Positions 27,200 to 37,260 of a stretch of DNA of 64,000 nucleotides are shown here, one piece after another (the first letter of the stretch is position 1; every line of letters starts with the position of its first letter). The stretch lies in the NCBI GenBank assembly GCA_017464805.1, contig JAFTYE010000008.1:57261-121260 (forward strand). The letters run 5' to 3'. The notes beneath the pieces are model-generated. The model was not told where the DNA came from. It was given only the letters and a program-made list of their open reading frames with translations, and made no database searches. Made by a program: the position numbers and the translations under genes. Source of the DNA: Clostridia bacterium (GTDB taxonomy: Bacteria > Bacillota > Clostridia > Oscillospirales > CAG-272).

Positions 27200-28606
27200 C
27201 TAACGATAGCAATAATAGGCATAAAGCCCCGTGCCGCTCCCGTTACCGTCGCGGACACCGAAGCCGGGCACCCACAAAATTCCACTTTCATCACAAACGA
27301 CGGGAAGGATGCGACGCAAGACATGCGGTATTTTGGCGTCGGTCATGAGGCGGCGGACGCGACGCGTCATGCCTCCACAGACATACGAGTCGCCCTCGCG
27401 TCGGGTACGTGCTATTAACCTACCCAATATTGTAGCAGAATCCAATTTTGCTTGTATAAATAAATTGTAAACATTTGATTTTCGGTTTTCAAACTCTTCG
27501 TTACGCGTCTCAAAGAGCCACAGCTCACCCGCACCGCGGGGGAGAATATTCTGTCCCATGGACAGCTCTGTTTCGTAATCGGGGGCGGGGGTGTTGCGGG
27601 AAAAGAGCGTCAGATCGTGACGGTCAAAGGAGGCCGTCGCGCCCCCGGGCAGGGTGTATTGCCCGACCGCCGGGCCGGAACGAAGGAGTGCGTGAAGCTC
27701 TCGCACGTGCAGACGCTCGGGCTGTTCGGGGAATCCCGCTTTCCGACACATCTCCAAAAGCACGCGGTAAAAGACCGCCTCGGAAAGGGCGGCAAGGACG
27801 CCACGCGGAGCGGCTCCGCCGCGCAAATGGGTACGGCAGAAGTCGCGTGCCGCGTCCGAAAGAGCCTGTTCCTCCCCGCGCAGATTGGCCGAGAGGCGCG
27901 AGGCGGATGCCTCGGGATCGGGGGTGAGGCGAAAAAGGCGCGGAATCACCTCGGCGCGCAGATAGTTGCGGGCGTATTCGGTGCTTTCGTTGGTGGAGTC
28001 GGTCACGTAGGGCGCGGACAGCTCCCCAAGGGCGGCAAGAACGTCCCGCTTGGCGAGCAAAAGGAGTGGGCGCACAAAGTGCTCCCGTACGGGAGGGATA
28101 CCGCACATGCCGCGTAAGCCACTGCCGCGGACCATGTGCAACAGAATCGTTTCCAAGTTGTCGGTGGCGTTATGTGCGGTGGCACACACGCCATATAACG
28201 GGTTTTCCCCCATCACGCGTCGGATGGCGGCATAGCGAACCTCGCGCGCGGCACATTCCAGGCCTCTACCGTGTCCTTCGCCTTTCAGAAAGGCGGGAGC
28301 ATCCTCACGCGCGAGGAAAAAGGGGACGCCGTTTTCCTTTGCAAGCCGTTCGGCAAAGGCGGCATCGCGATCTGCTTCCTCCGCCCGAATGCAGTGATGG
28401 ACGTGGCAGGCGGCAAAGGGAATATTTTTTTCCCCGGTGTAGACGCGCAAAAGGTGAAAAAGCAAAACGGAATCCGCCCCGCCCGACAGGGCAAGCAGTA
28501 CCCCGCGGGACAAAAGCGGTTCCATTTCATTCTCACGCACGCATTGCAGAAAGGCTTCCTCTGCGCGGCGGCAGGCCTCGCCGCCCGCGAGCAATTGTTC
28601 TTTCAT
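27200..28606 (-). CDS. tilS: tRNA(Ile)-lysidine synthetase
   Basis: ALSGGADS, AREVRY, TAHNATDNLET, RPLL, DSTN....Y.RN..R; ATGA overlap with dnaB. Confidence 0.93.
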   Translation of the reverse strand: MKEQLLAGGEACRRAEEAFLQCVRENEMEPLLSRGVLLALSGGADSVLLFHLLRVYTGEKNIPFAACHVHHCIRAEEADRDAAFAERLAKENGVPFFLAREDAPAFLKGEGHGRGLECAAREVRYAAIRRVMGENPLYGVCATAHNATDNLETILLHMVRGSGLRGMCGIPPVREHFVRPLLLLAKRDVLAALGELSAPYVTDSTNESTEYARNYLRAEVIPRLFRLTPDPEASASRLSANLRGEEQALSDAARDFCRTHLRGGAAPRGVLAALSEAVFYRVLLEMCRKAGFPEQPERLHVRELHALLRSGPAVGQYTLPGGATASFDRHDLTLFSRNTPAPDYETELSMGQNILPRGAGELWLFETRNEEFENRKSNVYNLFIQAKLDSATILGRLIARTRREGDSYVCGGMTRRVRRLMTDAKIPHVLRRILPVVCDESGILWVPGFGVRDGNGSGTGLYAYYCYR

Positions 28607-29949
28607 CGGTTTCCTTCGCCCTCGTCCAGGGTGCGAAATTTGGTGTATTGGCCAATCCAACCCATGCGGACGGTATCGGTGGAGCCGTGACGGTTCTTGG
28701 CCACGATGACCTCGGCGACGTTGGCATTTTCCTCGCCGCCGCCCTCCTGATCTTTATAATATTCGTCACGGTAAAGGAACATGACGATATCGGCATCCTG
28801 CTCGATGGCACCCGAATCACGAAGGTCGGACAGCATCGGCTTTTTGCTGGTACGGGATTCGGGTCCGCGGGAAAGCTGGGCACAGCAGATGACGGGGACA
28901 CCGAGATCCTTGGCCATGATCTTGAGGTTACGGGAGATGTCCGATACCTCCTGCACGCGGTTGTCGATGTTCTTGCCACTCTGCATCAGCTGGAGATAGT
29001 CGATGACGACGAGGCCGAGGTTCTTGACGCGGCGAAGCTTGGCCTTCATATCGGTGACGGTGACACCCGTGGTATCATCCACGAGAATATCACAGCCCGA
29101 CAGATGGGCCGCCGCATCGGCAAGGCGCGGCCAGTCGTCGGCCTTGAGCTCACCGCTACGCAGGCTGTGACTGTCCACGAGTGCCTCGCTGGACAGCATG
29201 CGATTGACAAGCTGCTCGCCCGACATCTCAAGAGAAAAGATGCAGACCGTGCGCCCTGTATTTTTGGCGACATTGGTGGCGATATTCATGGCAAAGCTGG
29301 TTTTACCCATACCGGGGCGCGCGCCCACGAGAACAAGGTCGCCCTTGCCCATCTCGACCAGCACGCGGTCAAGACCGGAAAAGCCCGTGGTGGTGCGGTC
29401 CAGCTTGCCTTGATTGGCGGCAAGATTCTCCAGCTCACTGTATACGTTGGTCATGATGTCACGAATGTGACGGAACTCTCTCGATTCACGGTTCTGCGCG
29501 ATCTCAAAAATCTTCTGCTCCGCCGCGTCCACGATATGACGCACCTCGCCCTGCTCGGCATAGGCAGTCTCGCTGATCTCGTCACACGCGCCGATGAGGC
29601 GGCGCAGCACGCTTTTTTCGTGCACGATGACGGCATAGTCCTTGACATTGGCGGCGGTGGGCACGATCTTGGCGATCTGTGCGATATACTCCGCGCCGTT
29701 CTGGTCGGAGGAATAGGTGCCGTTATGCACAAGGGTGTTGATCAGGGTCACGGGGTCAATATTGCGGGAGGAGAGGAACATGTCGCTCATGGCGGCATAG
29801 ATCTGTCGATGCTCCTCGAGATAGAAGTCCTCTGCGCCAATGATGCCCGTCACCGTACCGAAGCAATCCGGCTTGATGAGGATGGAGCCGAGGACGGACT
29901 GCTCCGCCTCGATTGACACGGGCATCTTCTTAAAAAGATCACTGTTCAT
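28603..29949 (-). CDS. dnaB: Replicative DNA helicase
   Basis: EAEQSVLG, GARPGMGKT, IDYLQLM, QLSR, SDLRDSGAIEQDAD, KNRHG. Confidence 0.97.
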   Translation of the reverse strand: MNSDLFKKMPVSIEAEQSVLGSILIKPDCFGTVTGIIGAEDFYLEEHRQIYAAMSDMFLSSRNIDPVTLINTLVHNGTYSSDQNGAEYIAQIAKIVPTAANVKDYAVIVHEKSVLRRLIGACDEISETAYAEQGEVRHIVDAAEQKIFEIAQNRESREFRHIRDIMTNVYSELENLAANQGKLDRTTTGFSGLDRVLVEMGKGDLVLVGARPGMGKTSFAMNIATNVAKNTGRTVCIFSLEMSGEQLVNRMLSSEALVDSHSLRSGELKADDWPRLADAAAHLSGCDILVDDTTGVTVTDMKAKLRRVKNLGLVVIDYLQLMQSGKNIDNRVQEVSDISRNLKIMAKDLGVPVICCAQLSRGPESRTSKKPMLSDLRDSGAIEQDADIVMFLYRDEYYKDQEGGGEENANVAEVIVAKNRHGSTDTVRMGWIGQYTKFRTLDEGEGNR

Positions 29950-29985
29950 AGAAAAGACCTTTCCCTTTTTTTGGCTTTTTGAGGG

Positions 29986-30426
29986 TTATGCCTCTACCTT
30001 CACCGTGAAGGTGGCGGAAATCTCGGTATACAGCTTGACGGTGGCGTGATAAGTGCCGTGATTTTTGATGGTCTCAACCTCCATCTTACGGCGGTCGATG
30101 ACGATACCCGTCTGCTTTTCCAGCTCCTCCGCCACGTCCTTGGCGGTGACGGCACCGTACAGGCGGCCGTCCGCCGAGCTCTGGCTGTGGATGGTGAGGG
30201 TAAGATCCCTCAGGCGCGCGGCAATGGCGTTTGCGGCCTTTTTCTCCTCCTCGATCTTAAATCGACGGGATTCCTCCTTACCCTTGAGGTCATTCTGCGC
30301 CTTGGCATCGGCCGCGATGGCCAGCTTTTGCGGGAAGAGGAAGTTGCGGGCGTATCCGTCGGGTACATCGATGATCTGATCTTTCTTGCCCTTGCCCTTT
30401 ACGTCTTTTGTGAGTATGACTTTCAT
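29986..30426 (-). CDS. rplI: 50S ribosomal protein L9
   Basis: [28 protein letters not shown]. Confidence 0.97.
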   Translation of the reverse strand: MKVILTKDVKGKGKKDQIIDVPDGYARNFLFPQKLAIAADAKAQNDLKGKEESRRFKIEEEKKAANAIAARLRDLTLTIHSQSSADGRLYGAVTAKDVAEELEKQTGIVIDRRKMEVETIKNHGTYHATVKLYTEISATFTVKVEA

Positions 30427-30447
30427 GTATTTTCTCCTTTTTGGGAC

Positions 30448-32430
30448 TTAATTGTTATCCAGATAACGGTCGATCGATTCGCGCAGGCGCAGAATGACCG
30501 TTTGCATAGACTCGCCCTCCACCTGCGCGCCTGCCACGTCGTAGTGGCCGCCGCCGCCGATGCGCTCGAGAACGAGCTGAACGTTGATGCTACCGTCCGA
30601 GCGGGCGGAGATATGCACCTTGCCGCCGATGTTGACCAGCGTGACCGAGGCACAAACGCCCTTGACGGTCAGTAGCTTGTCCGCCGCCTTGGCGGCGATG
30701 ACACGGTAGCTTTCATCCGCATCGCCGTCCACATAAGCAATGGCGACGCGATCGCGATAGAGGATGACGTTGGAATGGAAGCGTGCCTCCTTGGTTAGGT
30801 CCTCCACGTCCGCACGGAAGAGGTCGTTACTCTCTCCGGGGATCGCACCCTGACCACGCAGATACAGAGCTGCGCTGAAGGTACGGGTACCCGTGTTGCG
30901 GGTAAACTGCTTGGTATCCAGCAGAATGCCGGCAAGCATCAGCTCCGCCTCCTCCTTCAGGACGCTTCGGGTGCTCATGTGCTGCTCCAGGATCTCCGCC
31001 ACCAACTCGGAGGCCGAGGAGGCCGAGGGTTCGATATACGCAACGATGGGCTCCTTGACGAACTCGGTGGTCTTGCGATGGTGGTCGATGATGGCGATAT
31101 CGCGGATATTGCGGACGATATCGGGGGATTCGACGTGTGCCATATTATTGACGTCCACGACGATGAGCAGGGTGTTAGGGCGGATGAGGTCCATGCCCTC
31201 GTTACCACTCACGAACATATCCTCATATCCGTCCAACTCCCGCAGCTTTTCAAAGCAGGGAGCGAGGTTTTTGTCTTGGGTGTTGACGATGACATGGGGA
31301 TGCACGCCGCACATCATGGCAAAGCGGGCCATACCGACCGCCGCACCGAAAGAGTCGAAGTCACCGAAGCGGTGACCCATGATGAGGACGCTGTCGGTAC
31401 GCGCCATCAAGGTAGCCAGCTCGCTGGCCACGACGCGGGAGCGCACATTCGCGCGCTTTTGCACGGCCTTGGTCTTACCGCCGAAGAAGTCGTCACCGTT
31501 CTCGGTGCGGACGACCGCCTGGTCGCCACCGCGCTGAAGGGCCATATCGAGGGCCGCCTGGGCGGATTCCTCTTTTTCCTCCAGCGTTTTGCCGAGGGCG
31601 GAAACGCCGATGGACACGGTGATCGGCATGCCGTCGCCCACACGGACGGAACGGACACTGTCCAGCACGTCAAAGCGACGCTCCACACATTTTTTTAGGC
31701 CGCTTTGGTTGAAGAAGGCGATGTATTTATCCTTTTCGTAGCCCTTGAGCACACCGCCCATCTCGGACACCCAATTTTTGATGGCATCCTCGGCGGCGGT
31801 AGCAGCAGAACGGTAAGCATCCTGCACGTACTGAAGGAGCTCCTCGATATTATCCATAACGATGTAGGCGACAACGGTGGTTTCTGCCTCATGCAGGGCG
31901 ACAAGCTGCTTGTAGTCCGTGCAATCGGTGAAGAGCACGAACCAGAGCGAGCGTTCTTTACCGTCCAGGCGGATGCCGTCGTAGCGGTACAAGCGATCGC
32001 CGATGGTGGCGATGGCCTCGCCCGTTTCGATATCCTCGGCCGAGATGGCGCAAACGTCGTCGATCTCCGCGCCCACGACCAGATCGTGACGGCCGACCAT
32101 ATCCACCAGCATGCGGTTACACCACACGATATGACCGTTAAGGTCACAGAGGAAGGCGGGCTGATGGAGGTTGGCGATCACCAGCTCCAGCCCTGTACCA
32201 AAGGCCTCATGCAGACGACGCGCGCTGGTCACGCTTTCACTGCCCAAGCGTATGGCTGCCCAGATGAACAGGAGCAAAAGATAGGAGAACAGGCCAAGCA
32301 GAATAGCAAGCGCAGGGACAATATCCGTCACGTCCGATAGCGTGCCGAACACGACGAGCATCACGCAGGCCAGTGCCACGCACACAACGATGTCCAGCCG
32401 CGTGGCAATTCGTTTGTTGTTGTTTTGCAT
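30448..32430 (-). CDS. gdpP: Cyclic-di-AMP phosphodiesterase
   Basis: Two TMs, PAS-like region, degenerate GGDEF (RGGDQ), MGH...D.D, IDHHR, DHHA1 GGGGH; upstream of rplI. Confidence 0.92.
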   Translation of the reverse strand: MQNNNKRIATRLDIVVCVALACVMLVVFGTLSDVTDIVPALAILLGLFSYLLLLFIWAAIRLGSESVTSARRLHEAFGTGLELVIANLHQPAFLCDLNGHIVWCNRMLVDMVGRHDLVVGAEIDDVCAISAEDIETGEAIATIGDRLYRYDGIRLDGKERSLWFVLFTDCTDYKQLVALHEAETTVVAYIVMDNIEELLQYVQDAYRSAATAAEDAIKNWVSEMGGVLKGYEKDKYIAFFNQSGLKKCVERRFDVLDSVRSVRVGDGMPITVSIGVSALGKTLEEKEESAQAALDMALQRGGDQAVVRTENGDDFFGGKTKAVQKRANVRSRVVASELATLMARTDSVLIMGHRFGDFDSFGAAVGMARFAMMCGVHPHVIVNTQDKNLAPCFEKLRELDGYEDMFVSGNEGMDLIRPNTLLIVVDVNNMAHVESPDIVRNIRDIAIIDHHRKTTEFVKEPIVAYIEPSASSASELVAEILEQHMSTRSVLKEEAELMLAGILLDTKQFTRNTGTRTFSAALYLRGQGAIPGESNDLFRADVEDLTKEARFHSNVILYRDRVAIAYVDGDADESYRVIAAKAADKLLTVKGVCASVTLVNIGGKVHISARSDGSINVQLVLERIGGGGHYDVAGAQVEGESMQTVILRLRESIDRYLDNN

Positions 32431-32542
32431 AACTTCCCTTTCTGAAGGTAACAGGAGTTACCCGAACTTGATTTTGGTTGGCAATTTTTTTGCCGCATCA
32501 GCGTCAAAGGGCTTGATCATATGTCCGGCGACAAAAGTTACC

Positions 32543-33586
32543 CTAACCGTTTTCCCGACGGGAGCGGAGTGCATTTTTGAAGATGGAGATTGCGTACACG
32601 ATGCCAAAGAAGAGCATGGCATACTGTACGTAAAGAAGGCAGAGAAGAAGGAACAAAATGAACCAGACAAGGTAAGCGACGCGGCCGTTTTCCGCGCGGC
32701 GCATGCCGTAAAGAATCTTGGGCAGAAACGAAAGGCCGCCGAAAGCGAAGAGGGGAACGAGTACCGTTTGCGCGTTCATGACCGTCAGCGAAAAAATCGA
32801 GGTGTAGTCACGCCAGAAGAAGTCCACCAGCACGACCGCGAGATAAAGCACGGCAAGTGGAACGCCCAGGCGAAAGGCACGGCTGTTTTCCGTATAAAGC
32901 GGCTCCCCTCCCGTCCGATCGGTCAGCATGGAAAGAAGCTGTGTGAGATAGGTCAAAAGCAAGGAGAACACAAAAACGATAAGGATGATCCAGCCAGGGG
33001 CAAGCGAAAAGAGCCGTGTCATGGTCGTATGGATCTCTGCCTCGGAGGGCATGATCACCTCCTGCCCCATGTTGGCGTACATCTCACCCACTCTCTCGAA
33101 GAGGGCATTGTATTCCGCCGTGGCACTCGAAACAAGAGAATCCATCCGATCGGACAGGTAAGGCAAGAATTCACTCTTCCCTTCCGCCGTCATGGACGCA
33201 TACACGGTATACCCGACTGCGGCGGCGCCAAAAAGAAGGAAAGAAAAGGAAAGGCTGATGCACAGGGATGCCCGATCCTCCCCCTGCCGTACACCGCGAG
33301 CAAGCAAGGCACCGCCGAGCAAAACGCCAAGGGCGAGCAAAAACGCGGGAAAGGAGGCAGTCACAAAGGAGAGGGCGGCATAAGCACCCGCCGCCACACA
33401 GGCAAGCGCAGGCATGGCACGCAACAAAAGGAGGACGAGCAAGGGGACGGCAAAGGCCATGCCGATCGAGGCGGGCATGGCACCGAGCGAAAAAAGCGCG
33501 CCCGATGCGGCCAGCAAAACGGCACACAGGATCTGTCCCACAGGGGACATGACCGTCCTTTCTACATCTTCAACCGATTTTTGCAT
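32543..33586 (-). CDS. YybS/DUF2232-like membrane protein
   Basis: Highly hydrophobic multi-TM ORF in the canonical position upstream of gdpP-rplI-dnaB; GAGG RBS. Confidence 0.7.
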   Translation of the reverse strand: MQKSVEDVERTVMSPVGQILCAVLLAASGALFSLGAMPASIGMAFAVPLLVLLLLRAMPALACVAAGAYAALSFVTASFPAFLLALGVLLGGALLARGVRQGEDRASLCISLSFSFLLFGAAAVGYTVYASMTAEGKSEFLPYLSDRMDSLVSSATAEYNALFERVGEMYANMGQEVIMPSEAEIHTTMTRLFSLAPGWIILIVFVFSLLLTYLTQLLSMLTDRTGGEPLYTENSRAFRLGVPLAVLYLAVVLVDFFWRDYTSIFSLTVMNAQTVLVPLFAFGGLSFLPKILYGMRRAENGRVAYLVWFILFLLLCLLYVQYAMLFFGIVYAISIFKNALRSRRENG

Positions 33587-33630
33587 GGCAACCTCCTCGA
33601 TTTTATACGGTTTCGATACTTATTCATCTT

Positions 33631-33729
33631 ATTATAGCAGAAAGATTGGAATTTGTAAACACCCAAGTGAAACTTTCTTGCCGCATTTTCCCTCTCTCCC
33701 TTGCAAAACATGCAAAAAAGGTGTAAAAT
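33631..33729. promoter_or_regulatory. Divergent sigma-A promoters
   Basis: Minus strand TTTACA-17-TATAAT (33659-33631); plus strand TTGCAA-17-TAAAAT (33701-33729). Confidence 0.7.
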
Positions 33730-33762
33730 AGAGAAAAGAAACCGAAGAAAGGAGCGCAGCCT

Positions 33763-35907
33763 GTGGAAAAGCTGACAAAAAACAGCCCTGTAAGCAAGCT
33801 GCCCGGAATCGGTGCGAGCCGCGCCGCGGCCTTTGCGCGTATGGGCATTTCAACCCTTTACGACCTGATCATGCACTTTCCACGCGCCTACGAAAACCGC
33901 GGCGCGCTTCGCCGTCTGTCGGACGGCGTACCGGGTGAACCCTCTGCCTTTCTTCTGACGGTGGGGACGGAGCCGAAGAACATCCTGATCCGCCGCGGCA
34001 TGACCCTGACCAAGTTCCGCGTCTTTGACGAGAGCGGCGTGGCGGAGGTGGTCTTTTTCAACCAAAGCTATGTGCGTGACGTGTTCCACGTCGGCTCGGT
34101 CTTTCGCTTTTACGGGCGTCTTACTCTGTCGCGCAGCGGCCCCCAGCTTTCCTCACCATCCTACGAGGCTTACATACCGGGTGAACCGCTTCCCTCCTAC
34201 GTGGCACGGTATCCGCTGACGGAGGGGCTTTCCGACAAGGTGGTGGAAAAGGCGGTCACAGCAGCTTTGCGTGCCGTTTTGCCGTCGCTGTCCGACCACC
34301 TGCCCGAGGCAGTGCGGCAAAAGCACGACCTGCCTACCCTTTCCTATGCCCTCATGGGCATCCACGCACCGCAAAGCGAGGACATGCTTTCTCGCGCGAT
34401 GCGGCGCATGATCTTTGACGAGCTTTACTGCTTCTCGGTGGGCATGGCCCTGTCGCGACAGAGCCGCACTGAGGAAACGGCCTATCCCTGCCCGCCCTGT
34501 GATCTCACCCCCCTGCTTTCCCGTCTGCCGTACGAGCTGACGGGGGCGCAACAGCGCGTGATATCCGAGATCCGCACAGACATGGCGGGCGGTGACCGAC
34601 CGCCCATGAACCGCATTTTGGTCGGGGACGTGGGCAGCGGCAAGACGGTCTGCGCTGCGGCGACGATCTACACTGCTGTGCAGGCGGGTCTGCAAGCCGC
34701 CCTGATGGTGCCGACCGAAATTTTGGCAAGACAGCATTATGCCGACCTTGCTCCCCTGCTCTCGCCGCTTGGCGTACGGGTAGAGCTGCTACTCGGCGCG
34801 ACGCCCGAGCGTGAGAAAAAGCGCATCCGCGAGGCCTGTGTTACCGAGGGCGAGGAACGCGTGGATCTTGTGATCGGCACGCATGCCCTGCTCAGTGACA
34901 AGCTGCAATTTTCCCGCCTTGGTTTGACCGTGGCGGACGAGCAACACCGCTTCGGCGTGCGCCAGCGTGCCGCTCTCAAACAAAAGGGGCGTGGCTCGCA
35001 CCTGCTTGTCATGAGCGCGACCCCCATCCCCCGCACGCTGGCGCTGACGGTGTACGGGGACTTGGACGTTTCCCGCATCGACGAGATGCCGGCGGGCAGA
35101 CAGCGCGTTTCCACCTTCCTGGTGGACGAGAGCTACCGAGAACGACTAAACGGCTTCATCCGCCGCCAGGTGGAAGAGGGCGGACAGGTGTACATCGTTT
35201 GCCCAGCCGTTGAGGAAGCCGCCGCGCCCGAAGAGGAGAACGAGATCTCGCTTGCCGATCTGCTTTCGGTGCGCGAGGAAGCGCCGCCCCTGAAGGCGGC
35301 GACCACCTATGCAAAAGAATTGCAGGAACGCGTATTCCCCGACCTGCGCGTCGATTTCTTGCACGGGAAAATGAAGAGTGCGGAGAAGGATGCCGCCATG
35401 ACCCGATTTGTGTCGGGGGAAACGGATATTCTCGTATCCACCACGGTGATCGAGGTGGGTGTGAACGTACCGAACGCCACGCTGATGATCGTGGAAAACG
35501 CCGAACGTTTCGGGCTATCCCAGCTCCATCAGCTGCGCGGCCGCGTAGGGCGCGGCACGCGCAAGTCCTACTGCATTCTGGTATCAGACGCAAGGGGCGA
35601 GAATGCTCGTACACGCCTTGACGTGATGCACACGACCTACGACGGCTACACGATCGCGGAGCGCGATCTCGAACAGCGCGGTCCCGGTGATTTCTTCGCC
35701 TCTGCCTACGGCAGTTCCTACCGCCAAAGCGGCGGCATGGATCTGCACCTGGCCACCCTGTGCCGCGACACGGCCCTGTTGCAGGCCGCCGCGACCGAGG
35801 CACGGACAACCGTCGGCTCCGACCCGTCTCTTACCCGTGCGGAGCACGTTGCCTTACGCGCCGAGGTGGAAAGGCTGTTTGCTATCCGCGATGCGGCCAT
35901 TTCCTGA
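33763..35907 (+). CDS. recG: ATP-dependent DNA helicase RecG
   Basis: GDVGSGKT, DEQHRFGV, MSATPIPR, QLHQLRGRVGRG, RGPG. Confidence 0.97.
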   Translation: MEKLTKNSPVSKLPGIGASRAAAFARMGISTLYDLIMHFPRAYENRGALRRLSDGVPGEPSAFLLTVGTEPKNILIRRGMTLTKFRVFDESGVAEVVFFNQSYVRDVFHVGSVFRFYGRLTLSRSGPQLSSPSYEAYIPGEPLPSYVARYPLTEGLSDKVVEKAVTAALRAVLPSLSDHLPEAVRQKHDLPTLSYALMGIHAPQSEDMLSRAMRRMIFDELYCFSVGMALSRQSRTEETAYPCPPCDLTPLLSRLPYELTGAQQRVISEIRTDMAGGDRPPMNRILVGDVGSGKTVCAAATIYTAVQAGLQAALMVPTEILARQHYADLAPLLSPLGVRVELLLGATPEREKKRIREACVTEGEERVDLVIGTHALLSDKLQFSRLGLTVADEQHRFGVRQRAALKQKGRGSHLLVMSATPIPRTLALTVYGDLDVSRIDEMPAGRQRVSTFLVDESYRERLNGFIRRQVEEGGQVYIVCPAVEEAAAPEEENEISLADLLSVREEAPPLKAATTYAKELQERVFPDLRVDFLHGKMKSAEKDAAMTRFVSGETDILVSTTVIEVGVNVPNATLMIVENAERFGLSQLHQLRGRVGRGTRKSYCILVSDARGENARTRLDVMHTTYDGYTIAERDLEQRGPGDFFASAYGSSYRQSGGMDLHLATLCRDTALLQAAATEARTTVGSDPSLTRAEHVALRAEVERLFAIRDAAIS

Positions 35908-35933
35908 TCTTCTTTCAAAGAAAGGACAAAGCA

Positions 35934-37175
35934 ATGCAAAATCAACCGCTTGCCGACCGCCTCCGTCCGACCTCCTTGGACGAGATGGTGGGACAGACGC
36001 ATCTTGTAGGAGAGAGGGGCATTTTGCGCCGCCTTCTCGATGCGGGGCGATTTACCAACATGATTTTTTCCGGCCCGCCCGGCACGGGCAAAACCACCGC
36101 CGCGAACATCATTGCCAAGCGATCGGGCATGGTACTGTACAAGCTCAACGCCACCTCCGCTTCCCTTTCGGATGTGAAGGAGATCGCCGCCTCGACCGGT
36201 AACGTGTTCGGCGCGGGCGGGGTGCTGCTGTATTTGGACGAAATCCAATACTTCAACCGCAAGCAGCAGCAATCTCTGCTCGAATACATGGAGGACGGAC
36301 GCATCACGCTGATCGCCTCCACCACCGAAAATCCCTACGCGACCATCTATTCCGCCGTGATCTCCCGTTCCTCGGTCTTTGAGTTCAAGCCCGTGTCGGC
36401 CGCCGACTGTCTGCCCGCGATGAAGCGTGGTCTTGCTTTTCTGAACAAGGAGAACGGAACGGACAAGACGGCGGCCGACGAGGTACTTGTTGCGATCGCC
36501 GCACGCGCGGGCGGGGACGTGCGCTGCGCGCTCGGCATCCTGGAAAATGCCTATTTTGTAGCAAGTGACAAGCTGACCGAGTCCGCGATCGATGAGCTGG
36601 CCCCCACGATTGCGGGGGCATACGACCTATCGGGCGACGTCCACTACGATCTGCTTTCAGGTCTGCAAAAGTCCATTCGCGGCTCGGATCCCGACGCGGC
36701 GATCTTCTATCTTGCAAGGATCCTGGCAGGGGGTGATCTGCTTTCGGCCTGCCGCCGCTTGCAGGTCATCGCCAGCGAGGACGTGGGGCAGGCTTACCCC
36801 CTTGCGGCGGTCATCACGCGCGCCTGCTGCGAGAGTGCAAAGGACCTTGGTCTTCCCGAGGCGGCCGTTCCGCTGGCAAACGCCACGATCACGCTGGCCA
36901 CCGCGCCCAAGTCCAACAGCTCCTATCTGGCCTACCACGCCGCCATAGCGGACGTAGAGGCGGGCCGCGGAGTCGTTCCGCCCACGCATCTGCGCGCACC
37001 GCTGTACAAGGGGTATCTGTACCCGCACGATTATGAAAATCATTACGTAAAACAGCAATATCTGCCAAACGATCTGAAGGATCGGCACTATTTCAGCTTC
37101 GGCAAGACCAAGACCGAGCAGGCCGCCGAGGCCTACTACGAGATGATCCGCGCACAGGCAAAGGGCAGGAAGTAA
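35934..37175 (+). CDS. rarA: Replication-associated recombination protein A (MgsA/RarA)
   Basis: [27 protein letters not shown]...KSIRGSDPDA, ASEDVG, YLYPHDY. Confidence 0.95.
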   Translation: MQNQPLADRLRPTSLDEMVGQTHLVGERGILRRLLDAGRFTNMIFSGPPGTGKTTAANIIAKRSGMVLYKLNATSASLSDVKEIAASTGNVFGAGGVLLYLDEIQYFNRKQQQSLLEYMEDGRITLIASTTENPYATIYSAVISRSSVFEFKPVSAADCLPAMKRGLAFLNKENGTDKTAADEVLVAIAARAGGDVRCALGILENAYFVASDKLTESAIDELAPTIAGAYDLSGDVHYDLLSGLQKSIRGSDPDAAIFYLARILAGGDLLSACRRLQVIASEDVGQAYPLAAVITRACCESAKDLGLPEAAVPLANATITLATAPKSNSSYLAYHAAIADVEAGRGVVPPTHLRAPLYKGYLYPHDYENHYVKQQYLPNDLKDRHYFSFGKTKTEQAAEAYYEMIRAQAKGRK

Positions 37176-37180
37176 ACCGA

Positions 37181-37210
37181 TTGACAAAAAACCCTTTTCT
37201 GTGGTATACT
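37181..37210 (+). promoter_or_regulatory. Sigma-A promoter
   Basis: TTGACA-18-TATACT with TGn. Confidence 0.7.
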
Positions 37211-37260
37211 AACGCAAAGACCCTGCTTCAAAAACCGTTTTCAAGACAAGGAAGAACCGT

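Noticed and set aside
32431-32542. Possible cyclic-dinucleotide riboswitch upstream of gdpP
   Set aside because: Only short hairpins (GGTAAC..GTTACC, GGCAA..TTGCC); no ydaO or GEMM consensus recognisable.
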